Source: Schmidtea polychroa (taxonomy: Eukaryota). Taken from it: 64,000 nt of DNA. Positions 40,334 through 52,011 of this stretch are shown here, piece after piece. The DNA is taken from assembly GCA_044892525.1 (NCBI GenBank), contig CM097885.1:9116001-9180000 (forward strand), read 5' to 3'. A model generated the notes under the pieces. It was given only the letters and a program-made list of their open reading frames with translations, ran no database searches and was not told the DNA's origin. Each line of letters begins with the position of its first letter. Positions within the stretch are counted from its first letter, which is position 1. Both the position numbers and the translations under genes were made by a program.

Positions 40334-41618
40334 ATGCACCATATGCAATCAAACCCCAAAATACATCGTGTACAACTGACAAACCAAATCAGGGAGTTAA
40401 TATGCTCAAAGTTCGAGGCAGGAAAAGGACCGAGTGAGATTTCCAGAAAACTTGCAATCAACGCAAAGACTGTCACGAGCGTAATCCGGGTGTATAGTTC
40501 CACCGGAAGAATCCATGCAATAAAGACGAAAAGTGGAAGACCAAAATCATTAAATGAAGCTGCTGTACAGTCTTTACAGTCACAGATACAAGAAAACGTA
40601 TCAGTGACTTTAAATGCTATGAAGAGAAGATTACATTCCGATCTAAACGTTGTAGCATCTCATTCGACAATAGCTAGATCAATTAAAGCGTTTGAATACA
40701 CACTCAAAAGGGTTCGATTGATACCCGAACGAAGAAACTCGGCTGATAATATCGAAAGGCGTTTCGAATATGCATCCGATTTCGTGCTCTTGAACGACGA
40801 GAAAACTTTTTTTGTTGATGAAATGGGACTTAGCTGTTCTAAGAGGTTGAATTATGGTCGCAGCCTAAGAGGAACAACACCCAGGAAACCAGTGCGATCC
40901 ATAAGATCGAAAAATATTTCGACCGCTGCTGCAATATCTAAAAATACTGTCATGCATTTCAGCACTCGCGATACTGCATTCAATAGTAATCATTTTGGTG
41001 TTTTTTTGCAAGAGCTCAATGAAAAACTATCAACTTTAGGCATTGAAAATGCAACAATAATAATGGATAATGCCACGATTCACAATACCGACGAAATTCG
41101 AACTATATTTGCAAATTCTGACCATGATTTACTATTTCTTCCTCCATACTCCCCTTAATTAAATCCAATTGAAGAGGTGTTTTCAAAATGGGAACATATT
41201 GTTAAATCGATGGAATGCAATCAAGCAGATGAGTTATTGAGGGCTATAGCCCAGGGGTCTCAAACACGTGGCCCGCAACGAAAAAACATAGATTTGTAAT
41301 TTAACCAAACTTATTTAACAATTAAAATCATAATTGGCTGTATAAATTAAAACTTATCTTTTTAATTATTTTTATTTATACATATGACGTCTAGTACAAT
41401 TTAATAATTTTAATTAAATAAATATTAACGTCGGTGTTTCAGACTCCACATGTTCTGAAAAACAATTATTTATGTTGCGGCCCGCAGGCCAGTTTGAGTT
41501 TGAAACCCCTGCTATAGCCAGTGCCCACTTGGATATTACGCCCGAAGATTGTTTGCAGTATGTTCAACATATGAAAAGTTTCATAAGAAAAGGAGCCGAA
41601 GAGAACCTATTTAAATGA
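40334..41618 (+). pseudogene. DD34E transposase with a premature stop and a MITE insertion
   Basis: HTH N-terminus, FVDEMG, IMDNATIH, LPPYSP*LNPIE (34 residues between D and E); the frame resumes after the MITE. Confidence 0.93.
41252..41511. mobile_element. hAT (Charlie/Buster-type) MITE, 260 bp
   Basis: TIRs caggggtctcaaac / gtttgaaacccctg; perfect 8-bp TSD ctatagcc. Confidence 0.95.
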
Positions 41619-41772
41619 TAATTTTTGAATTCCCGGGTTTTTATGTTTATTTAATTATATAATCGCTCAAATATTATTTACTTCATTTAATATTTTTTTT
41701 TAAATAACACTTTTTTTTTGAAAAATGGATTAAGACATTTGACAAACGGATTAAAATTTTTGAGAAACCCTG

Positions 41773-41819
<47 letters not shown>

Positions 41820-42090
41820 CTATTATTACTTGCAAAGTTCTTATTATTATTTTATATTCAAAGTTTCATTATTATTTACTTAAATATTCATAAAATTTAA
41901 TTTCTGCATCAATTTCATGACTATTTTCAACATTTTCATTATTATTATTAGAAGCTGCTAACGCATCTTTTAAATTATTTTTTATATCCGGTTCAAAAGT
42001 TAACGTCATAATTCCAAGTATTTATTTAATGAAATATTGTATAATTTCTAAACAAATTTTCAGCGTTGAATAAAATATTTTAAAAACCAT

Positions 42091-42262
42091 TAAAACAATA
42101 AAGTGATAATTTAAGCCTTCTGCTGCGAACAATGTATTTAATGAAAAAATATTCGACTTTAAGTAACCCTTGTCAATTGACAAGGCCTATTTTATAGTCG
42201 ACAAAAATTCATTAAATACATTGTTCGCAGCAAAAGGCTTAAATTATCACTTTATTGTTTTA
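42091..42262. repeat. ~170-bp hairpin with ~55-bp arms and a perfect 18-bp central palindrome
   Basis: taaaacaataaagtgataatttaagcctt.. / ..aaggcttaaattatcactttattgtttta; centre ccttgtcaattgacaagg at 42168-42185. Confidence 0.92.
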
Positions 42263-44049
42263 TTTTTATTATTATTATTATTATTGCAAATATTAGTGAC
42301 AAACCTGAAGTATTTATTTTTACACACATACTTTAAATAATGGGGTAGAGAATTATTGTGTGTTTGCTTTAGGTAATAATTAAGAGTGTATTGACATTCG
42401 AAATGGAGTGCCAACAGAAAATTGGTATATATAAGTAGGTAGATAGTGGCCTACGGGAACAATTACCCCCCCCCCCCCCGGGGGGGGGGGGGTTGTTCCC
42501 AAATTTTTATTACGCAATTGTTCCCAACTCATTTTTTTGCTTTCAGGGATTTTTGGTCCAAATTTTTTTTTTATCACACTATAGTGAGAGGGTCTTGATG
42601 GTCCTGGGAATTTCTATACAAAAATCCGACTATCAATAAAAAAGTCAAGGATTATTCACACTATAGTGAGGGGGTCTCGATGGTCCTGGGATTTTCAATA
42701 CAAATAAAATTTTTTCTATACAAAAATCCGACTACCACTAAAAAAGCCAAGGATTATTCACACTATAGTGAGGGGGTCTCGATGGTCCTGGGATTTTCAA
42801 TACAAAAAATTTTTTTCTATACAAAAATCCTACTATCAATAAAAAAGCATGGTAATTTAAGGTCTCAGGATATTTTCAATACAAAAATCCGATTGTCACT
42901 AAAAAAGCATGGATTTTTCTAGGTCAATTCAGGTGGGTCTCCTTGGTCCTGAGAATTTCAATAGAAAAAGGCGGTCTTCAATAAAAAAGCATGGTAATTT
43001 AAGGTCTCAGGATATTTTCAATACAAATAGGCGGTCTACACTAAAAAAACCAAGGATTTTTCAGACTATAGTGAGGTGAGTCTCCTTGGACCTGAGAAAA
43101 AGGTGGTCTACACTGAAAAACGTGGTAAATTTTTCAATTAAAGTAAATTATGGTTCTAAAAAATTAAATTAAAGTAAATTATGGTTCTAAAAATTTAATT
43201 ACAGTAAATTATGGCTCAAATTTTTCAATTAAAGTAAATAATGGTTCTAAAAAATTAAATTACAGTAAATAATGGCTCAAAAATTTAAATTAAAGTAAAT
43301 TATGGTCCAAATTTTTCAATTAAAGTAAATAATGGTTCTAAAAAATTAAATTACAGTAAATGATGGTCCAAATTTTTCAATTAAAGTAAATTATGGTTCA
43401 AATTTTTCAAATAAGGTAATTATGGTTCTAAAAAATTAAATTAAAGTAAATTAAGGTTCTAAAAATTAAATTACAGTAAATAATGGTTCTAAAAAATTAA
43501 ATTAAAGTAAATTATGGTCCAAATTTTAAAATTAAAGTAAATTATGGTTCTAAAAAATTAAATTAAAGTAAATTAAGGTTCTTAAAAATTAAATTACAGT
43601 AAATAATGGTCCAAATTTTAAAATTAAGTAATCAAAGTAAAAAATAAAAATTAAAGTTAAATAAGTAAATTAAAGTAATAATTTTTTAAATAAGTAAATT
43701 AAAGTAATGTAATAAGTAAATTAAAGTAAGATTTTAAAATTTAATTACAAAATAATAGAAGGTGTTTGAGAATTGAAATTTTTTAATGAAAATTTTTATG
43801 AAATAATTTTTAAGTAATTTTTAATAGAAATTTTAATGAAATATTTTTCAATGGTAATTTTTAATGGAAATTTTTATGGAATAATTTTTTAAGTAATTTT
43901 TAATGGAAATTTTTATGAAATATTTTTCAATGATAATTTTAGATGGAAATTTTTATGAAATATTTTTCAATGATAATTTTAGATGGAAATTTTTAAGATA
44001 ATTTTTAATGAAAATTTTTATGAAATATTTTTCAAAGACAAATTTTAAT

Positions 44050-45110
44050 AATAATTCAACAACAAACCAACAACTTAGTACCAACAACCAGTAACTTATG
44101 AACATGTATTAACAACCAGATACCTACAACTAGTTACTAACAACCAGTTACCTGATACCAGATACCTACAACTAGTTACCTGATACCAACTACTAACAAC
44201 CACCTACCCATTAACTAGCTACAACCAGCTAACAACTAGATACCACGTACTAAATAACTCTCAAACAACCAAGTACTTACAACTAATTACCAGATACCAA
44301 GTACTATCAACCAGCTTACAACCTGATACCAACAACTAACAACCAACTACCAAGTACTTACAACTAGATACTAACAACCAGTTACCTGATACCAAGTACC
44401 TACAACTAGATACCACGTACTAAATAACTCTCAAACAACCAAGTACCTACAACTAATTACCAGATACCAAGTACTATCAACCAGCTAACAACCTGATACC
44501 AACTACTCACAACCAGATAACAACTAACAACCAGATACCAAGTACTTACAACTAGTTACTAACAACTAGCTACCAACTACTAAGTACTAACAACCAACAT
44601 CAACCAGGTACTAAGCATTATCAACCAAGTACTAACAACTAGATACCTAGTTACAAACAACCCGCTAACAACTAACAACTAGATACCAAGTACCAGTAAA
44701 TTACGAACATGTATTAACAACCAGATACCTACAACTAGTTACTAACAACTAGTTACCTGATAGCAACCAACTAGCTACCAACTACTAAGTACCTACAACC
44801 AACATCAACCAGGTACTAAGCATTAATTACCAACTACTAAGTACCTACAACCAACTAACAACCACCTACCAAGTACTAAGCATTATCAACCAACTACTAA
44901 GTACCTACAACCAACTAGCTACCACCTACAACTAGATACTAACAACCAGTTACCAACTACTAAGCATTAATTACCTACAACTAGTTACTAACAACTAGCT
45001 ACCAAGTACATACAACCAGACACTAAGCATTATCAACCAAGTACTAACAACCAAGTACAAGATACCTAGTACTGTCAACTAGATACCAAACACTTACAAC
45101 CAGATGACCA
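44050..45110. repeat. Degenerate strand-asymmetric short-unit repeat (caactagataccaagtactaacaac-like); also ~27350-27880, 32430-33010, 56080-57300
   Basis: Directly visible shuffled short modules. Confidence 0.85.
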
Positions 45111-45473
45111 CATGAAATTATTGGTTAAATATGAAAATAAGGGTTATAATTAGTTGTTTAGTAAATTATGGTGTAAAATTAAGTAATAAAGCATAAATAG
45201 GTAAATTAAGGATAAGTAAATTAAAGTTAAAAAATTAAATTAAAGTTAATTAAGGTCCAAATTTTAAAAATAAGTAATCAATGTTCTAAAAAATTAAATT
45301 AAAGTTAAATAAGTAAATTAAAGTAATAATTTTTAAAGAATTTAATTAAAGTAATAATTTTTAAATAAGTAATGTAATAAGTAAATTAAAGTAAGATTTT
45401 TAATTTTATTATCAAAAGATTGAATAACCACCAACTTTTTTGAGAAATGTAATTTATAATGAAAATTTAAATG

Positions 45474-45539
<66 letters not shown>

Positions 45540-45977
45540 TAATAATAATTCAACAGTTACCAACAATCGGTTACTGATTATTTTTTAACTAGGTGCTAAC
45601 AAATACTTACAACTAGATACCACGTACTAACTAACTCTCAAACAACCAGATACTTACAACTAACTACTAAATATTCTTCACTGTATTTTATGAAATGCTT
45701 TTTAAATTAATATTTTTTATACAGCTTCTATAATAATTTTAATTACAATCAGTAGAAAAACCTTTTCAAAATGTCTAAATTTAACAAAAATGTTGATTTT
45801 CATCAAAAAACCACAACTCAACCACTTTAAAACACCACGTGGAATTCAAAATAATTACAATGAAAGACTAATGAATTCTAATTTACAAAACATTCTTCTT
45901 TTAAATGATAACTTATTATTGCAAAGTAAAAATCACATTCAATAAATACTTATTATTGATCAGTTTTATTATATATA

Positions 45978-48900
45978 CTCTGAGTTTATCCGACAGGATG
46001 TTTTGACCCCCTAAGGGTACAGGTCGTAAGGGTATTAGTCGTAAGGGTACTGGTCGTAAAGGTACTAGTCGTAGGGGTATTGGTAACACTTAACCACAAC
46101 CTACCCATTAACTAGCTACTAAGTACTAACCACTAGGTTTCAAACAACAACTACTAACAACCACCATCAAAACCCATCGAGAAATTAACAAATATCAACC
46201 TACAACTATATAACAATCAGTAAACAACACTGTACCAACTACCAAATACAAGATACCAACAACTTAGTACCAACAATCAACTAACAACACATAAAAATAA
46301 TAGCAATTAAATACAAAATATTCTTCATCGCATACACTATTTTCTTATCAAAATCTAAGAAGTCAATCAGATACCAACTACCAAGTACCAAGTACTAACA
46401 ACCAACTACCTAGAACCAACAACTATGTACTAACAAATTGATCTTTAAAAGCAAATACTCTTCACTTGAAAAATTGGATGAAAAATTATTTGAACTCAAG
46501 GCATCAATAACTTGGTAAAAATTGATTAAATAATTGTAAAAATTTAAATTATTCAAAATAAATATCATAAAAATTTAATTAATGGACAAGAAAAAATTCT
46601 AATCATCCAATAAATAAAAAAAAATGCTGATCATTCAAGTTGAATCAACTAAGATAATAAATTAATAAGATAAGATCTAGTAGATAATTGATTAAGATTG
46701 AATAAATTAATTTAAATAAAATTAAATTTAATTATTTTTGTAAAAGTAATACATGTACTCAAATTGATTGACTGATTTCTCAATATATTCAAAAAAATCA
46801 GTATAAATTCATTACAATTATCAAAGTCAGCAATCTACAATAAAAATAATTATCATAAAATTCCAAAAGAGACTAGATAACTAATGATAACATCTAATAA
46901 ACCAGTAAATTTATTTAAATGACAATAATTGGTATATCCTAGTGAATTCTCCAATTTCTCATTTCCTCCCAAATATATCAATATGTAAAGATTAGTATTG
47001 TAATGATAAATACTTGTTAAAGATCATATATTCACCTCAAACTAACAAGATTCCTTAAAATCCCCTTAAATGACTATATTTCTACCCTTAATTCATATTA
47101 TTACAAATATTTCACTAAAATCATCTAAAAAGCATCAAATTTCCCTGAAATAACTCTATCTTTTAAGATTGATATTTTAATGATAAGTACTTGTTAAAGA
47201 TCATATATTCCCCTCAGACTAATAAGATTGCTCAAACTCCCCTTTAAATGACTATAATTCTAACTTTAATTCCTATTATCATACATGTTTCACTATTGAT
47301 AAAACCGGTTATAATTAACTTTTTGTTAATCACTGTACTCGAAATTTAAAATAAATATAACTGACTAGGTCCCATTAAAAGATTAAATTTATCCATTCAA
47401 TAAAATATATTTCTTCAAATGATCATTTTTACCAATATTCAACCGATTTAATTACTAATTAAAATCAAGATTTCTTCCAATAAAGATCAATTTTATTTAG
47501 TCGATGTTTTAAGTCCATATTTCTAAACTTTTGTCATTCTCCGCCTAAATAAAGATAAAAATAAATTAAAGTTGATATCAATCCCAATTATCTGTAAAGA
47601 TTTCATTGTCAAAACCAAGTAAATCGATCATTATCCCTACTTAATAAAACATTGTTCTAAATTAATTTACTGTGCATTAATCACAACCTAATAAAACGAT
47701 ATAATTATTATTGATTCATAACTGACTAATGTATTGCAATTTCCTTAAAAAAACATTGATATTTTACCAACATCACCCTTAAAAAATCATATATTCCCAT
47801 CGAAACCCTTCCCTCATTAAAAGCAACCGACTATATCTCCCTTACAATAATATATTCCCATCTTAACCCATCTCACATTAAATCTAACCGACTATATCCC
47901 CTTAAAAGATCATATTTTCCCCATCTTAACCGATCTCTCATTAAATCTAACCAACAATATCCCATCTTAACCGATCTCTCATTAAATCTAACCGACTATA
48001 TCCCTTTAAAAATCATATATTCCCATCTCTCATTAAATCTAATCGATAATATCCCATCTTATCCGATCTCTCAGCAAATATTTCTACCCTTTTAAACATC
48101 TATCCGATTATATCCCTTAATTTCCCTAAAGATTCCACCCACTTGAACCCTTTAATATATATCAATCCTCTTAATATCCTTAGAGAACTTCAAAAAGTAT
48201 GAATTTTCATAAACTGTTAAAGACACCAGGCATTCTTCCATTGAAATAATTTAGAAGCTAAATAATAAGAGCACACTAAAAGATCAAAATTTACTAAAAT
48301 TTTCTACAAATATTTACCATCAAATACTGGAGATGATATATATTGATTGATCATAATTCTTCATCGATTCAACCAATCATTTTCAAGCAATAACAGCAAA
48401 CTAAATTTCTGTATATCCTACAATAATTATCAAGTAAATTTAAAGTCATTGATAAATATTCTTAGAAAATTATTGAAAAAAATTATCTAGTCAAATATAT
48501 TACAAAGTTATCATCAAAAATTTATTCTATCACTTAATTATTAACCTAATTGTCAATGAAATTAATTTTTATTTAAAAACTATTCAATAAAATACAACTA
48601 ATTATCAAGAAATTAACTAAATTTATCAATTAAATTTATCACCATTAAAACTTTTAATCAGTCAACATGAAATTCTTAGAAAATTATTCAATATCCTCAT
48701 AAAAATTTATCCTACCACTTCATTATTGTAAAATCTCTAATTATTAACCTCATTGAAAATAATTTTTATTTAAAATTAAAAAAAAAAAAAACAAGTCAAT
48801 AAAAATACATCCAATTATCAAGAAATTATTAAATATTCATTCAATAAACATGAAATTTGCAAAAATGTTAGAAATCCATGAAAATGATAGATATCTACAA

Positions 48901-49175
48901 AAATTACGCATATTCACAAAAAAGTACGGAAATTCATGAAAATAATAGAAAATTACAAAAAATGATAGAAATTCATAAAAATGATAGAAATTTACTTGAA
49001 TAAAACCATCAACTCTAAAAAATTATCAATACCTTAAACAACAAATTTGTCTAAATTCAAATAAAAACATTAAATACCTTTACGACTAATACCCTTGCGA
49101 CATGTTGAATGTGAGTAGTACCCTTGTGAGCAATACCCATAGGGGGACAGAATATTTTGTCGGATAAACTCAGAG
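45978..49175. mobile_element. ~3.2-kb unit bounded by TA-flanked CTCTGAGTTTATCCGACA inverted ends, nested in the left arm
   Basis: tata|ctctgagtttatccgacagg ... tgtcggataaactcagag|tata. Confidence 0.55.
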
Positions 49176-50292
49176 TATATATTAATTAACTCATTTATCA
49201 TTGAATTAGTCAAATTATCGCAAATTTCGATAAAAAATCTAAAGTGGTAAGCAATGTAAAGAGAAATATTCTTTAAATTTTGATAAAATTAGCAATGAAG
49301 GTGGTAAGAATCTTCATTAAAGTGAGGAAATTATTCATTACTCGATTCAAATGGGTGAAAATAATTGGTAGAATAATCCATTAATGGAGGTAGATAATGA
49401 GAAGTGGCATAGATAAGAAGAAGGTGGATAAGAATGGAAGTATATTAATTGAATTTATTTAAAATTATTTCATAAAATTCATAAATTTAATAAAAAAAAA
49501 ACTTTTAAAACAAATATTTGTGGGGATGTTTTAAGTGAATAATTAGTGGAAAATAAAGGGGATATAAGTGAATAATTAATGGAGAATCGGGGGAATATAG
49601 GAGATTAAATAGTGGGATAATGAGAATCGGTGGAATATAAGTGAGAAGGATATGTAATTTAAACTATTTTATTACGTAACAAGCCACGACTAGTTTATTA
49701 CATAACAAGCCGTGACTAGTTTATAATTTTTATTTTAATTATATTTTGAATATCATTCTATTGTTTAATTTCAATAATAACTTTAAAAAATCTATAATAA
49801 TTAATAAATTAATATCTTGTTAACATTTATTTGAGAATTTAAAAAACTTTACTTAAAATTAGTGAAGTATTTAATTTTAATTGTATTTTATAAGACATAT
49901 ATTTGAGTATTAACTTATTTTGATTGGAGTATCACATTTAATATTGTGATGATTGTTTTCTAAATCGAAATATTTAGTGTAAAATAGTAAATTTAATAAT
50001 AAATAGCTACAATATTAAAGGTCTTTTTTTAAAAAAAATATTTACTTTCTATTACCTAATTCCATCATTAAGTTTAAAAAGTCTATAACTGTTAATAATT
50101 CAATTTCTTATTCACATTTTCTAATAAAACTTATATTTTTAAATTTAGTGTAAAGAATTTAATTTTAATTGTATTTTATAAGTCATTTATTTGAATATTT
50201 ATCTTATTTTTATTGAAAGGAGTAATATAATTCATATTATGATATTCGTTTCGAAATATTTAGTGTAGAATCGTAAATTTAATAGTATATAG

Positions 50293-51126
50293 CAACGGTG
50301 GGCAAATGCGGCTCTTCGTTGAGTAAACTGCGGCTCATTGATAATTGAATTTTTGATAATTGAATTTGAAAATTGAATTCGATTTTTTTATTTTGAAATT
50401 TTTTCAACTGAATTTTTAAAAAAAAATTTTTTGTTGCAATTGTATTTTTATAAATGTTAAAAAAAAGAATTGCAAGCGGGTTTCAAATGTAGGTTTGAAG
50501 ATTTGAAAAGTTTTAAATCTACATTTGCATTTTTTGTGAACCCATTTATTTGTGATATTATTGAAGATGGATTTCCAATTTCTGAAGTAATACTTGTTAA
50601 AAAAGCGGTTGGGGAATTGGAGTTATAAGATATGAAAGAGGACCAGGCTTTGCAAATGCACCATAAAGTTACTTCTATAATTGAATTTTGGAAACTCGTA
50701 CCAGAGGCAAAATATCCACACTTAAAACAAGCTGCTTGCCATCTAATTTCAATTTTTGGTACAACATATTGTTGTGAATCTTTGTACTCCACAATGAAGT
50801 TCGTGAAGTCGAAATATCGTTCACAGTTGACCAATCAGCATCTTACAGAATTGCTGCGAACAGCTTTAACAAAGTATACACCAAATTTCAAAGATTTGAC
50901 GAAAAGTCTTCGTTAATTCAAGAAATTTTATTACTTTTTATTAATGGATTTTTATTATATTTTATGTTTGTTACTTAAATTTTGAAATAATTGTTTTTAA
51001 TAGCGTTTAAGTCTTTTTTAATCAAATTAATGAAATAAAAAAAAATATGTAGTTCACTATGGTGGCTCTTTAAAAAATAAATTTTCGGAAAATGTCTCTC
51101 ATTGAACTCATGCGTGCCCACCCTTG
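50293..51126 (+). mobile_element. hAT Buster/Charlie (SPIN/GTF2IRD2-like) internal-deletion derivative
   Basis: TIRs caacggtgggca / tgcccacccttg; perfect 8-bp TSD gtatatag (nnnTAnnn). Confidence 0.93.
50632..50916 (+). pseudogene. hAT transposase C-terminal dimerisation domain fragment
   Basis: EFWK..KYPHLKQAA..LISIFGTTYCCESLYSTMKFVKSKYRSQLT. Confidence 0.9.
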
Positions 51127-52011
51127 GTATATAGCTATTATTGCAAGTACTTATACAACAAAAACTTTTTTATTTCTAATGTTTTATTCCATAAATAAGT
51201 TTTAAAGTATATAACTGGTAATAAATTAATTTCTTATTTAAATTTATTTAAAAAAGCTTTACTTATAAAATTTATATTTTCGAAGACTTATATTTGAATA
51301 TTAACTTATATTGATTGAAAAGGGTAATTGATTTAGAAATTATTTAGTGTAAATAAAAACATTTAAATTATTGAGGTATTAAAGTACCTATTCAAAAATT
51401 AAAAAAAAAAAAAGACCTAATCAATAATTTTCAATAAAATACTATTCACAGCTTGTTATGTAATAAACTAGTCACGGCTTGTTATGTAATAAACTAGTCG
51501 TGGCTTGTTATGTAATAAAATAGTTTAAATTACATATCCTTCTCACTTATATTCCACCGATTCTCATTATCCCACTATTTAATCTCCTATATTCCCCCGA
51601 TTCTCCATTAATTATTCACTTATATCCCCTTTATTTTCCACTAATTATTCACTTAAAACATCCCCACAAATATTTGTTTTAAAAGTTTTTTTTTTATTAA
51701 ATTTATGAATTTTATGAAATAATTTTAAATAAATTCAATTAATATACTTCCATTCTTATCCACCTTCTTCTTATCTATGCCACTTCTCATTATCTACCTC
51801 CATTAATGGATTATTCTACCAATTATTTTCACCCATTTGAATCGAGTAATGAATAATTTCCTCACTTTAATGAAGATTCTTACCACCTTCATTGCTAATT
51901 TTATCAAAATTTAAAGAATATTTCTCTTTACATTGCTTACCACTTTAGATTTTTTATCGAAATTTGCGATAATTTTAATGATTCAATGAAGAATGAGTTA
52001 ATTAATATATA

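Larger units (their letters stand above)
40099..41772 (+). mobile_element. IS630/Tc1-mariner superfamily DD34E transposon
   Basis: ~55-bp TIRs cagggtttctcaaaaattttaat... / ...attaaaatttttgagaaaccctg with TA flanks. Confidence 0.95.
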
